The notes beneath the pieces are model-generated. The model was not told the DNA's origin. It ran no database searches and was given only the letters and a program-made list of their open reading frames with translations. Below, piece after piece: positions 47,748 through 57,662 of a stretch of DNA of 64,000 bases. This stretch comes from an uncultured Alphaproteobacteria bacterium. GTDB lineage: Bacteria; Pseudomonadota; Alphaproteobacteria; JAJFIK01. A program made the translations under genes and the position numbers. Position 1 is the stretch's first letter. Each line of letters begins with the position of its first letter. The DNA is taken from positions 19,067 through 83,066 of the forward strand of contig CAZTCJ010000004.1 in the NCBI GenBank assembly GCA_964612085.1, given 5' to 3'.

Positions 47748-48524
47748 ATGACATCGCTGGGGCTTATCGGGGTCGGCGCGTTCGGCGGCTTCATGATTCC
47801 GCATCTCGCACCCCATTTCCAAATCCGCGCTTACGACGCGGCGGCGGATCTTGCCCATTATGCCACGCGTTTCGGGATCGAACCGGCGGATCTTGAGGCC
47901 TGCGCCCAGGCGGATGTGGTGGTGATCGCCACGCCGGTCCAGACCATTGAGGACATGGCGCGAACGGTCGCGCCCCATGTGAAGCCCGGCGCGCTCGTTC
48001 TCGATGTGGGCTCGGTCAAGATCAAGCCCGCCCAGGCGCTCAGCCAGCATATCCCGGCCCATGCGGATATCGTCTGCACCCATCCCCTGTTCGGTCCCCA
48101 GAGTGCGCAAGAGGGCGTGGAAGGCTTAAAGATTTCTATCTGTCCGGTGCGCGGCGACCGCCAGGATTGTGTCGTGCGCTTCTTGAGCGAAGTATTGGAG
48201 CTTCAGGTGATCGTGACCACGCCGGAGGCCCATGACCGCCAGCTCGCTTATGTGCAGGGCCTGACCCACCTGATCGGCCAGACGCTGCTCGCCATGCCGC
48301 TTGAGAGTTTCGATCAGACCACGGTGAGTTTCGATCTCATGCGCGAGGCGGTGAGTTTCATCAAAGGCGATTCCCGCCAGCTCTTCGAGGCGATCGAGAC
48401 GGAAAATCCGTTCGCGGCGGATGTGCGCAAGGCGTTTTTCGAGGCGGTTGCCAAGCTCGAAGAGGATCTGAGTGCCCATCCCGAACCGGGCCGTGGGGCC
48501 GGGACAGGACCGGCTCTGTCATGA
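47748..48524 (+). CDS. prephenate/arogenate dehydrogenase family protein
   Basis: LGLIGVGAFGG Rossmann motif, DVGSVK, and THPLFGP motifs. Confidence 0.8.
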   Translation: MTSLGLIGVGAFGGFMIPHLAPHFQIRAYDAAADLAHYATRFGIEPADLEACAQADVVVIATPVQTIEDMARTVAPHVKPGALVLDVGSVKIKPAQALSQHIPAHADIVCTHPLFGPQSAQEGVEGLKISICPVRGDRQDCVVRFLSEVLELQVIVTTPEAHDRQLAYVQGLTHLIGQTLLAMPLESFDQTTVSFDLMREAVSFIKGDSRQLFEAIETENPFAADVRKAFFEAVAKLEEDLSAHPEPGRGAGTGPALS

Positions 48525-49063
48525 CGGTCACGCCTGAGGATGTGCTGACCTTCTGGTTCGAGGAGGCAGGGCCGAAACGCTGGTACAAAAAGGATCCGGC
48601 CTTCGATGCGCTGGTCGCGGACCGCTTCGAGGCGAGTGTGCTGGCGGCGAAACAAGGCGCGCTCGACCATTGGCAGCAGACACCGCTCGGGGTCTTGGCG
48701 CTGGTGATCCTGCTCGATCAGGTCACGCGCAATATCTATCGGGACCGGCCGGAGGCCTTCGCCTGCGATGCGAAAGCCCGCGCGGTGGTCCATGGGGCCA
48801 TGGCGGCGGGTCATGACCGGCAGCTGACGGCCGAACAGCGCCATTTCCTCTATATGCCGTTCATGCATAGCGAGGATCTGGCCGACCAGGACCGGGCGGT
48901 AGCGCTGGGCCGGGATCTCGACGGCGAAGATTTCCTGAAATATGCGGAACTGCATCGGGAGGTGATCGTCCGCTTCGGGCGCTTTCCCCACCGCAACGCG
49001 GCGCTCGGACGGGAGACCACGGACGAAGAGCAAGCCTGGCTCGACGCGGGCGGCGGGTTTTAG
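48521..49063 (+). CDS. DUF924 family protein
   Basis: VLTFWFEE..., LILLDQVTRNIYR, FLYMPFMHSEDL, RFGRFPHRN..LGRETT.EE motifs. ATGA overlap with the upstream gene. Confidence 0.85.
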   Translation: MTVTPEDVLTFWFEEAGPKRWYKKDPAFDALVADRFEASVLAAKQGALDHWQQTPLGVLALVILLDQVTRNIYRDRPEAFACDAKARAVVHGAMAAGHDRQLTAEQRHFLYMPFMHSEDLADQDRAVALGRDLDGEDFLKYAELHREVIVRFGRFPHRNAALGRETTDEEQAWLDAGGGF

Positions 49064-49075
49064 AGGTCTCAAAAG

Positions 49076-49103
49076 AAAGGGGGCCCCGCGTGGGAGCCCC
49101 TTT
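49076..49103. terminator. bidirectional terminator-like hairpin between convergent genes
   Basis: AAAGGGG..CCC-cgcgt-GGG..CCCCTTT, with A/T runs on both flanks. Confidence 0.55.
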
Positions 49104-49130
49104 CCAATACTCTCAGTACGGCGCTGCCGG

Positions 49131-49898
49131 TCAGGGCTGCGGCTGACCGCCGTCGGTGGTTTCCTCAGCGGCTTCTTCGGCGCCGTCCATGGCGTCGTCG
49201 ATGGCCTCACCAGCGCTATCGACGGCGTCTTGGATCGCCTCGCCGGCGTCGTTCATCAGCTCTTCGCCTTCGCGCATCAGGTCGTCCACGCGGCGGCCCG
49301 GAAGGGCGGCTTCGCGTTGATTTGTTTCGGCCAGAACGCGCACGGCGGTGATTTCCGCAGGCGGCACGTCGATCGTGTATTCCAGGGCGATCGGCGTTTC
49401 CACCTGGATGGTGACCTCTTCCGGCTCGATCGCCAGGAAGTCGTAGACCATGACGCCCGCGTTCTCGACGCCTTTCGGGTCGAGGGTGGGCTCGGTCCAG
49501 CCGCCGGTGGAGGTCATGCCGCTCACGGACAAGGTGTAGCCGGTGGTTTCGCCGGTTTCATCATCCTTGTTTTCGGTCACGCTGAGCTGGTTGACGCTCA
49601 TGACCACCGAATAGCCGGTCAACGCATCCATGGCGTCGTCCGTCATCTCGGCGGCTTCGTCCATGCCGTCCTCGACGGTATCGGCCATGTCGTCGGCGGC
49701 CTCTTCCATAGCCTCGCCCGCATCGTCGAGCGCTTCACCCGCATCGTCCGCGGCATCGCTCATGGCATCGGATGCGTCCTCGACAGCGTCTTCCGCCTCG
49801 TTTTGCGCGTCTTGCCGCTCCCCTTCAGAGCAGGCAACCAGGAAAACCGCGCCCGCCAGCGCGCTCGTCATCATCAACTTCTTAATCATATCTGCCAT
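49131..49898 (-). CDS. hypothetical lipoprotein with highly acidic repeat arms
   Basis: Lipobox FLVAC. N- and C-terminal D/E/A-rich quasi-repeats (DAxxDAxxEAxDDA) flank a beta-rich core of about 110 aa. Confidence 0.65.
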   Translation of the reverse strand: MADMIKKLMMTSALAGAVFLVACSEGERQDAQNEAEDAVEDASDAMSDAADDAGEALDDAGEAMEEAADDMADTVEDGMDEAAEMTDDAMDALTGYSVVMSVNQLSVTENKDDETGETTGYTLSVSGMTSTGGWTEPTLDPKGVENAGVMVYDFLAIEPEEVTIQVETPIALEYTIDVPPAEITAVRVLAETNQREAALPGRRVDDLMREGEELMNDAGEAIQDAVDSAGEAIDDAMDGAEEAAEETTDGGQPQP

Positions 49899-50056
49899 CG
49901 TAGTTCCCCCGTGGATCTCTGGCTGGCATCAATTTGCCAGTCATCATTTGGTTTACCCTAGATTTGCGGACCGCTAAAACGTCAAATGACCACATTACGA
50001 AAGAAAAACGCTCCTTGTTGCTATTGTAACGCGTATTCGGGGGTGAATTAAAGGAG

Positions 50057-51190
50057 GTGAGCGTGGCTGGACCGCTGTCTGGGGTCAAAATTCTCGAATT
50101 CGCTGGGATCGGGCCGGGTCCGTTTTGCGCCATGCTGCTGTCGGACATGGGGGCGGAGGTCGTGCGCGTGGACCGCAAGGGGGCGCAGGGCGGCTCGCCT
50201 TACGACGTGACCTCGCGCGGGCGGCGGTCCGTGGCGGTGGATCTGAAGAATCCCGAGGGCGTCACGGCGGTGCTGGCCCTGGTGGAAAGCGCGGATGCCC
50301 TGATCGAAGGATTCCGGCCGGGCGTCATGGAGCGGCTGGGCCTCGGGCCCGATGTCTGCCTCGCCCGCAATCCGAGACTGGTCTATGGCCGCATGACCGG
50401 CTGGGGTCAGACCGGACCGCTGGCCCACGCTGCTGGCCACGACATCAATTACATCGCGCTCACGGGCGCGCTTCGTGCCATCGGCCGCCCGGACGAGACG
50501 CCGGTGCCGCCGCTCAATCTGGTAGGCGATTTCGGCGGCGGCGCGCTTTATCTGGCGCTCGGGATCGCGGCCGGTCTGTTCGAGGCCCAGCGGTCCGGTC
50601 AGGGCCAGGTCATCGACGCGGCCATGACCGACGGCGCGGCCTCCCTCATGGCCATGTTCTACGGCATGCGGGCGTCCGGCTTCTGGAGCGATGAGCGCGG
50701 CGCCAACCTGCTCGATTCAGGCGCGCATTTTTACGACACCTATGCCTGCGCCTGCGGCGGCTGGGTCGCGATCGGCTCCATCGAGCCCCAGTTCTACGCG
50801 CTGCTGATCGAGAAGGCGGGGATCACGGATCCTGAGTTCCAGCATCAGATGGATCGCGCCCACTGGCCGTCTTTGAAGGAAAAACTCACCGCCCTGTTCA
50901 AGACCAGGACCCGGGACGAGTGGTGCGCCATCATGGAGGGGACGGATATTTGTTTCGCGCCGGTGCTGTCGCTGGGCGAGGCGTTGACCCATCCCCATAA
51001 CGTGGCGCGGGACACTTTCACGGAAGTGGCGGGCGTGCCGCAGCCCAATGCCGCGCCCCGGTTCAGCCGCACCAGGGAAGGCGTGCAAGGCCCGCCGCCC
51101 GGTATCGGGGAGCATACGGAACAAGCGCTGGCCGATTGGGGCATGAGCCTTGCGGATATCGAAAAGCTCAAGGCCTCGGGCGCGATTTAA
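50057..51190 (+). CDS. CaiB/BaiF family-III CoA-transferase, alpha-methylacyl-CoA-racemase-like
   Basis: [37 protein letters not shown]-terminus, typical of MCR/CaiB. AGGAGG RBS and GTG start. Confidence 0.9.
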   Translation: MSVAGPLSGVKILEFAGIGPGPFCAMLLSDMGAEVVRVDRKGAQGGSPYDVTSRGRRSVAVDLKNPEGVTAVLALVESADALIEGFRPGVMERLGLGPDVCLARNPRLVYGRMTGWGQTGPLAHAAGHDINYIALTGALRAIGRPDETPVPPLNLVGDFGGGALYLALGIAAGLFEAQRSGQGQVIDAAMTDGAASLMAMFYGMRASGFWSDERGANLLDSGAHFYDTYACACGGWVAIGSIEPQFYALLIEKAGITDPEFQHQMDRAHWPSLKEKLTALFKTRTRDEWCAIMEGTDICFAPVLSLGEALTHPHNVARDTFTEVAGVPQPNAAPRFSRTREGVQGPPPGIGEHTEQALADWGMSLADIEKLKASGAI

Positions 51191-51202
51191 GAGGGGCATT
51201 CC

Positions 51203-51952
51203 ATGAATATTCTGCCCGGCACGAGGGGCCGCAGGCGCCTTTATGTCATGCGCCACGGTCACGTGGACTATTTCAAGGCCGCTTTCGCGCCCGGCGGCGT
51301 CGATGCCGTGCCGTTGACCGCGCGGGGCCGGGAAGAAGCCGAGGCCGCCGGTCTGGCGCTCAAGCACATTCCCTTCGACATGGCTTTGTGTTCCGGTCTG
51401 CCGCGTGCGGAGGAAACCGCCCGGATCGTGCTGTCCCATCAGGATCAGGAGGATCCGCCCGTTCTGCATGCGGATGGCCGCTTGCGGGAAATCAAGGGCG
51501 GCGGCGCGCGGGCCCGCGCCAAGATCGGCTCTTTGAAAGATCTGGCGACGGAGATTTACGCCTATTTCGAAAAGGCCGCCGAACCGGGCGCGCGCCTGGG
51601 TCCTGAAGGCGAGCTGTTCACCGACGCCTATGAGCGGGCGGTCGAGGGCGTCGAGGCGTGTCTGGCCGAGTCCGCCTGGCGGCGGGGTCTGATCGTCGCC
51701 CATGAGGGCATCAACCGTCTGCTGTTGAGCTGGGCCGCCAATGGGGGGCTGGCCGCCGCCGGGGCGTTCGAGCAGGACACGGCCTGCGTCAATGTCATCG
51801 ATGTGGACATGGCCTTGGCTGACGGTCCGGACGGCGGCAAGACGCCGGTCATCGAACGCAAGATCATCAAGGCGGTGAACCTGACGCCTTACAATTATGT
51901 CAAGCACGGGATGTATATGACGAGCCTGGAAGCGATCTTTTCCACCACCTGA
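51203..51952 (+). CDS. histidine phosphatase (phosphoglycerate-mutase-like) family protein
   Basis: RHG motif (LYVMRHGHVDY), plus a second His region (IVAHEGINR). Confidence 0.85.
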   Translation: MNILPGTRGRRRLYVMRHGHVDYFKAAFAPGGVDAVPLTARGREEAEAAGLALKHIPFDMALCSGLPRAEETARIVLSHQDQEDPPVLHADGRLREIKGGGARARAKIGSLKDLATEIYAYFEKAAEPGARLGPEGELFTDAYERAVEGVEACLAESAWRRGLIVAHEGINRLLLSWAANGGLAAAGAFEQDTACVNVIDVDMALADGPDGGKTPVIERKIIKAVNLTPYNYVKHGMYMTSLEAIFSTT

Positions 51953-52064
51953 CGTGATGGCGGTTGCCGCGCCGCAAAAAATTCATGTCCGCCGGATTGG
52001 TAATCGGGCGGCCGGGCCTTAGTTTAGGGATGACTCATTCCGATCAAGCTGTAAGGCTCACTCT

Positions 52065-53414
52065 ATGACCCGCCGTCGCATCTCCCGATCCGCTGCCGCA
52101 GCGATTGCTGCCCTTTTGGTTCTTGCCCTGGCAGCCTGCGGTCCCGACCAGAGTGCCCAGCAGGGCGGCTCCATGGGCCCGCCGCCGGTCAGCGTCTCGC
52201 AGCCCGTCGTCCAGGAAATCGTTGAGTATGACGAGTATACCGGCCGCTTCCGGGCCGTTGAATCGGTCGAGGTGCGGGCCCGGGTCAGCGGCTATCTGGA
52301 TGAGATCGAATTCACGCCCGGCGAAATAGTGGAAGCAGGCCAGACCCTGTTCGTCATCGACCAGCGTCCGTTCCAGGCCGCCTTCGAAGCGGCTCAGGCC
52401 GATCTTCAATCCGCGCAGGCCCAATTGCGGTTGGCGGAAGCCGAACTGGAGCGGGCCCGGCCTCTGGTCAGCCGGGGGAACCTGTCGGAAAGCGCGTTCG
52501 ACGAACGCGTGCAACAGCGCAACGTGACTGCCGCCAATGTGCAGCGGGCCCGGGCCAATCTGCGCCAGGCGGAACTCAATCTGGAATTCACGGAAGTGAA
52601 GGCGCCGGTGTCCGGACGGGCGGGCCGCGATCTGGTCACGGAAGGCAATCTGGTGACCGGCGGCGATGTCTCATCGACGCTTTTGACCACCATTGTGTCG
52701 CTCAATCCGATCCACTTCTATTTCACGGTCAGTGAGGCCGATTTCCTGAAATATATCCGCCTCATTCAGGAGGGGGACCGGCCCAGTTCGCGCGACGGCG
52801 GCAATCCGGCCTGGGTCAAGCTCGGCGATGAAGACGCGTTCGAGCGGGTCGGCGTCATCGATTTCGTGGACAATCAGTTGAGCCGGACCACCGGCACTAT
52901 CGAGGGCCGGGCGATTTTCCCCAATGAGGATCTGTTCCTGGCGCCGGGCCTGTTCGGCCGGATCCGGATCATCGCCAGCACGCCTTACGAGGCCATTCTG
53001 ATCCCCGATGAAGCGATCGGCCGGGACCAGAGCCAGAAATTCGTCTTTGTGGTGGGCGCGGAGAATAAAGCCGAGCGCCGGGTGATCGAAACCGGGCCTT
53101 TGCACCAGGGGCTGCGCGTGGTGCGTTCCGGACTGACGGCGGAGGACCGGATCGTGGTCTCAGGCATTCAACGGGTGCGCCCCGGTTCGCCGGTGACGCC
53201 CCAGGACGATCCCATCGAAGCGCCGGAACCTCAGGACATTCCCAATGTGTTCGCGCCTGCTGACGACGCAGGGCCGATTGAGCCCGAAGAGCAGCCGCAG
53301 GCCGATGAAGCGGGTACGGACGAAACCGACACGGATGAAAGCGAGGGCGAGGCTCCAGAGCCAGCCGATCCGCCCCAATCTCAGGATGAACAGGCCCAGG
53401 ACGGTCAGGAATAG
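52065..53414 (+). CDS. RND efflux periplasmic adaptor (MFP) lipoprotein with acidic C-terminal tail
   Basis: Lipobox LALAAC. Lipoyl/hairpin motifs (VRARVSGYL..., coiled-coil AQAQLRLAEAELERA, FTEVKAPVSGR, NPDLFLAPGLFGRIR). Confidence 0.9.
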   Translation: MTRRRISRSAAAAIAALLVLALAACGPDQSAQQGGSMGPPPVSVSQPVVQEIVEYDEYTGRFRAVESVEVRARVSGYLDEIEFTPGEIVEAGQTLFVIDQRPFQAAFEAAQADLQSAQAQLRLAEAELERARPLVSRGNLSESAFDERVQQRNVTAANVQRARANLRQAELNLEFTEVKAPVSGRAGRDLVTEGNLVTGGDVSSTLLTTIVSLNPIHFYFTVSEADFLKYIRLIQEGDRPSSRDGGNPAWVKLGDEDAFERVGVIDFVDNQLSRTTGTIEGRAIFPNEDLFLAPGLFGRIRIIASTPYEAILIPDEAIGRDQSQKFVFVVGAENKAERRVIETGPLHQGLRVVRSGLTAEDRIVVSGIQRVRPGSPVTPQDDPIEAPEPQDIPNVFAPADDAGPIEPEEQPQADEAGTDETDTDESEGEAPEPADPPQSQDEQAQDGQE

Positions 53415-53423
53415 GAGCGTCCC

Positions 53424-56400
53424 ATGGGGTTTTCGCATTTCTTCGTGAACCGGCCGATCTTCGCGGCGGTTCTGTCCATCGTCATCCTGCTGGTGGGCGG
53501 CATCGCCTATGTGGCCCTGCCGGTCACCCAGTATCCGGAAATCACGCCGCCGACCATCCAGGTCTCCGCGACCTATCCGGGCGCCAATGCCGAGACCGTG
53601 GCGCAGACGGTGGCCGCGCCCCTTGAGCAGGAGATCAACGGCGTCGAGGACATGCTTTACATGTCCTCCCAATCGACTGCCGACGGACGGTTGAGCCTGA
53701 CCATCACCTTCAAGCTCGGCACCGATCTCGATACCGCCCAGGTGCTGGTGCAGAACCGGGTGACCCGCGCCGAGCCGCGCCTGCCGGAAGAGGTTCGCCG
53801 CCTGGGCGTGACCACCCAGAAGAACTCGCCCGACCTGATGATGGTTGTGCATCTTCTGTCGCCGGATAAATCCTACGACCAGCTTTATATGGCGAACTAC
53901 GCCAATCTCAGGATCGTGGATGTGCTGTCCCGGCTCGACGGGGTCGGCGATATCCGCATTTTCGGCGGCAGCGAGTATTCCATGCGGGTCTGGCTCGATC
54001 CCGACCGGCTGGCGTCCCTCGATCTGACGGCGGGTGACGTGGTGGCGGCGCTCCGGGCGCAGAACGTCCAGATCGCCTCGGGCACCTTGGGCGCCGAGCC
54101 GACGATCACGCCCCAGGCCTTTTCCACCGCTGTGCAGACGCTCGGCCGTCTCGACGATCCGGACGAATTCGCCAATATCATCGTGGCGGCGGGCGACGAC
54201 GGGCAAGTGGTCCGGGTGCGCGATGTGGCGCGGGTGGAACTGGGCGCGTTCGATTACGTCACCAATTCCTATCTGGACGGCGACAATGCGGTGGCCATGC
54301 CGATCTTCCAGCGGCCCGGCACCAATGCGCTGGAGACCGCCGACGCCATCGTCGCGACCATGGAAGAGCTGTCCGTGGAGTTCCCGGCGGGGCTCGATTA
54401 TCAGGTGGTCTATAACCCCACGGCCTTCGTCGAGGACTCCATCACGGAAGTCTACAAGACCATTTTCGAGGCCGTCGCCCTGGTGGTCCTGGTGATCTTC
54501 GTCTTCCTGCAATCGGTCCGGGCCTCGATCATTCCGATCCTGGCCATTCCGATCTCGCTCGTGGGCACTTTCGCGGTGATGCAGGCGCTGGGCTTCTCGC
54601 TCAACAACCTGACCCTGTTCGGCCTGGTGCTCGCCATCGGCATCGTGGTCGATGACGCCATCGTGGTGATCGAGAATGTGGAGCGGAACCTGCGCGACGG
54701 GCTGAAGCCCCGCGAGGCGGCCCACAAGACCATGAAGGAGGTGGGCGGCGCGCTGGTCTCTATGACCCTGGTGCTCGCTGCCGTCTTCGTGCCGGTGGCG
54801 TTTCTGGGCGGCATCACCGGCCAGTTCTACCGGCAATTCGCCGTCACCATCACGGTCGCCACCCTAATCTCGCTGTTCGTGTCACTGACCCTGAGCCCGG
54901 CGTTGGCTGCGCTGCTCTTGAGAGAAAAGAACGGCGAGGACAAGGGTTGGCTGCAAAAGCCGTTCAAGCTGTTCAACAGCGGCTTCGACAGCATGCAGAA
55001 CGGTTACGGCAATATCATTGGCACGGTCACCAAGATCGGCGCGCTGATGTTCGTGATCTATCTGGGCCTGATTGGCTTCACCGCCTACCAGTTCTCGCGC
55101 ACGCCCACCGGCTTCATTCCGCAGCAGGACCAGGGCTATTTCATCGTCGCCATGCGCCTGCCGCCGGGCGCATCCCTGGCGCGTACGGACGAAGTGGCCC
55201 GCCAGGCGAGCGAGATCATCACTTCCGTGGAGGGCGTGAAAAATGCCGTCGGTTTCGCGGGCTTCGACGGCGCCACCTTCACCAATTCGACCAATGCCGC
55301 GACCTTCTTCACGCCGCTGGAGAGTTTCGAGGAACGCAGCAAAAAGGGCGTGAGCTTTGCGGGCATCCAGCAGGAAATGCAGGCCAAGCTCTCGTCCATC
55401 CAGGAAGCCTTCACCATCGTCATTCAGCCGCCGCCGGTGCGCGGTATCGGCAATGCGGGCGGCTTCCGCATGATGGTGCAGGATCGGGCGGGCCTCGGTC
55501 TCCAGGCGCTGCAACAGGCGACCTTCGAGCTGATCGGCGCGGCCAATCAAGATCCTGAGCTTCGAAGCGTGTTCTCGTTCTTCGAAACGAGCACGCCCCA
55601 GCTTTATCTCGATATCGACCGCACCCGGGCGGAGATGCTCGGCGTGCCGGTGGAGCAGGTGTTCGAGGCGCTGGAGGTCTATCTGGGCTCAGCCTTCGTC
55701 AACGACTTCAACTTCCAGGGCCGGACCTTCCGGGTGACCGCCCAGGCCGACGATCCTTACCGTCAGACGCCGGACGACATTCTCCAGTTGCGCACCCGCA
55801 ACGACGCGGGCGAGACCGTGCCCATCGGTTCGGTGGCGAGCTTCCGGGAAATCACCGGGCCCGCGCGGGTGCCGCGCTACAATCTCTATCAGGCCGCCTC
55901 GATCACCGGCGAGGCCGCGCCGGGCGTCTCGTCCGGCGAAGCGCTGGCCAAGATGGAGCAGTTGGCGGAGCGGATCCTGCCGCCCGGCATCGGGTTCGAA
56001 TGGACCGAACTGTCCTACCAGCAAAAGCAACAGGCCAATGTGGGTCTGCTGGTCTTCGGATTGTCCGTGGTCTTCGTCTATCTGGTGCTGGCCGCCCAAT
56101 ATGAGAGCTGGACGCTGCCTTTCGCGGTGATCCTGATCGTGCCCATGTGCCTCTTGTTCGCGGTGCTGGGTCTCAATCTCCGGGGCATGGACAACAATAT
56201 CCTGAGTCAGATCGGCTTTATCGTGTTGATCGCGCTCGCCAGTAAGAACGCCATCCTGATCGTGGAATTCGCCAAGGAACGGGAGAAGGACTGCACCGAC
56301 CGGTTCGTGGCGGCGGTGGAGGCGGCGCGTCTGCGCCTGCGGCCGATCCTGATGACGTCGTTCGCTTTCATTCTAGGCGTGGTGCCGCTCGTCCTCGCCC

Positions 56401-56666
56401 AGGGGGCGGGCGCGGAAATGCGCCAGGCCATGGGCACCGCGGTGTTCTTCGGTATGCTGGGTGTGACGGTGTTCGGCCTGTTCTTTACCCCGATCTTCTA
56501 TGTGCTGATCAGGGGCCTGTTCTGCCACCCGCTCGACCGGCGTTTCGCCTTTTCCTGGAGCTTCAAGGGCCGCAATGGCAGCGGCTGGCGCAACGGTAAT
56601 GGCGGGCTCGATCTCTTGGGCTTCAGCCGGCGGAAGAAAAACGGAGAGAGCAAGCCGGACTCTTAA
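53424..56666 (+). CDS. RND efflux permease (AcrB/HAE1-like)
   Basis: 1080 aa. FFVNRPIFAAVLSIVILL N-terminus, 12-TM/2-loop architecture, and conserved GLVLAIGIVVDDAIVVIEN motif. Confidence 0.95.
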   Translation: MGFSHFFVNRPIFAAVLSIVILLVGGIAYVALPVTQYPEITPPTIQVSATYPGANAETVAQTVAAPLEQEINGVEDMLYMSSQSTADGRLSLTITFKLGTDLDTAQVLVQNRVTRAEPRLPEEVRRLGVTTQKNSPDLMMVVHLLSPDKSYDQLYMANYANLRIVDVLSRLDGVGDIRIFGGSEYSMRVWLDPDRLASLDLTAGDVVAALRAQNVQIASGTLGAEPTITPQAFSTAVQTLGRLDDPDEFANIIVAAGDDGQVVRVRDVARVELGAFDYVTNSYLDGDNAVAMPIFQRPGTNALETADAIVATMEELSVEFPAGLDYQVVYNPTAFVEDSITEVYKTIFEAVALVVLVIFVFLQSVRASIIPILAIPISLVGTFAVMQALGFSLNNLTLFGLVLAIGIVVDDAIVVIENVERNLRDGLKPREAAHKTMKEVGGALVSMTLVLAAVFVPVAFLGGITGQFYRQFAVTITVATLISLFVSLTLSPALAALLLREKNGEDKGWLQKPFKLFNSGFDSMQNGYGNIIGTVTKIGALMFVIYLGLIGFTAYQFSRTPTGFIPQQDQGYFIVAMRLPPGASLARTDEVARQASEIITSVEGVKNAVGFAGFDGATFTNSTNAATFFTPLESFEERSKKGVSFAGIQQEMQAKLSSIQEAFTIVIQPPPVRGIGNAGGFRMMVQDRAGLGLQALQQATFELIGAANQDPELRSVFSFFETSTPQLYLDIDRTRAEMLGVPVEQVFEALEVYLGSAFVNDFNFQGRTFRVTAQADDPYRQTPDDILQLRTRNDAGETVPIGSVASFREITGPARVPRYNLYQAASITGEAAPGVSSGEALAKMEQLAERILPPGIGFEWTELSYQQKQQANVGLLVFGLSVVFVYLVLAAQYESWTLPFAVILIVPMCLLFAVLGLNLRGMDNNILSQIGFIVLIALASKNAILIVEFAKEREKDCTDRFVAAVEAARLRLRPILMTSFAFILGVVPLVLAQGAGAEMRQAMGTAVFFGMLGVTVFGLFFTPIFYVLIRGLFCHPLDRRFAFSWSFKGRNGSGWRNGNGGLDLLGFSRRKKNGESKPDS

Positions 56667-57646
56667 GGCAGATTGACAACCGCTTTTCGCTGCTGGACGA
56701 TCTGCCCGTTCCGCTGGATCTGAAAGACCGCCTCGTACCGCCCCGCAGGCCAGCGCTCGGCCCGCAGCCTTTTGCCCGTAAAGAGGATCCGCCGGGCCTG
56801 GGGCCGGGGCAGGGGATCCGACCGGTTCTCCGCCATGCGCCCGCCGGGGCCTTCAAGAGTAATCGTCAGCACATCGCCTTTTTCCGTGTTGATCACATGG
56901 CCGAACGCCACCAAAGCCGGGGCCAACGGGCCGGGCACGGGCGGGCCCTGCTCGATGGCCCTGGAATCGAGGGGACCGTCCGCGAAGCCGACAGAAACGA
57001 TGGTGCTGCGCTCATAAGGCAGGGCGAGCTGAGCCGCACTGTCCCAAAGCGGTGTCCGGCCCCTGCCGCAGACGCCTTCGACCGCGCGGCCCACGAAGGG
57101 ATCGACTGTGCGGCCGTTGCGCCGGACGATAAACTCCAGATGCGGAAATTCCGAACTGCCCGAACTGCCCACGAGCCCGAGCTGGGCGCCGCGCGCCACC
57201 GGCTGGCCTTGGCCCACGCTCACGCTGCCCTGGCGCAGATGGCAGTATTGGGTCTCCCATCCCTGGCCGTGATCGATGACGACACCATTGCCGCATTCCC
57301 GGTCCTTGATCCGGGCCCGGCGCGCGTCATCGAGCACGATGGCGTCCCGCATGCCGTCGCGCACGCCTTTGACCGTGCCGGGGGCCGCCGCCAGCACGGC
57401 CACGCCCTCGGCCATGACCCGCAGATCCTTGAGCCGGATATCGGTGCCGTCGTGGCCGTCATACGTCTGAGCCCGGCATTGATAATCCGCCCGGCCCGGT
57501 CCGGCGTCCCAGTCCGGATATTGCTGGATGAAGCAAGCCTCGCCCATGGCGCAGTCGACCGGCAGGGAGAGCACCGGGTCCGCCGCGAGAGCGGCTGGGG
57601 TCAGTGTAAAGACGAACGCGGTCAGCAGGCCGTTCACGATACGCAT
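56663..57646 (-). CDS. M23-family metallopeptidase with C-terminal Ig-like extension
   Basis: HDGTDIRL (HxxxD) and HLEF (HxH-type) zinc motifs, plus a signal peptide. Confidence 0.85.
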   Translation of the reverse strand: MRIVNGLLTAFVFTLTPAALAADPVLSLPVDCAMGEACFIQQYPDWDAGPGRADYQCRAQTYDGHDGTDIRLKDLRVMAEGVAVLAAAPGTVKGVRDGMRDAIVLDDARRARIKDRECGNGVVIDHGQGWETQYCHLRQGSVSVGQGQPVARGAQLGLVGSSGSSEFPHLEFIVRRNGRTVDPFVGRAVEGVCGRGRTPLWDSAAQLALPYERSTIVSVGFADGPLDSRAIEQGPPVPGPLAPALVAFGHVINTEKGDVLTITLEGPGGRMAENRSDPLPRPQARRILFTGKRLRAERWPAGRYEAVFQIQRNGQIVQQRKAVVNLP

Positions 57647-57662
57647 GACAGACTCCTGTCGG

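Noticed and set aside
50717-51907. 396-aa minus-strand ORF. The same applies to 48314..49210 (298 aa), 47700..48110, 46408..47361, 41067..42038, 42004..43428 and 42866..44011.
   Set aside because: All are antisense shadows of motif-bearing genes (CaiB, His-phosphatase, DUF924/TyrA, acyl-CoA ligase, DsbA, the GGDEF protein, SDR).
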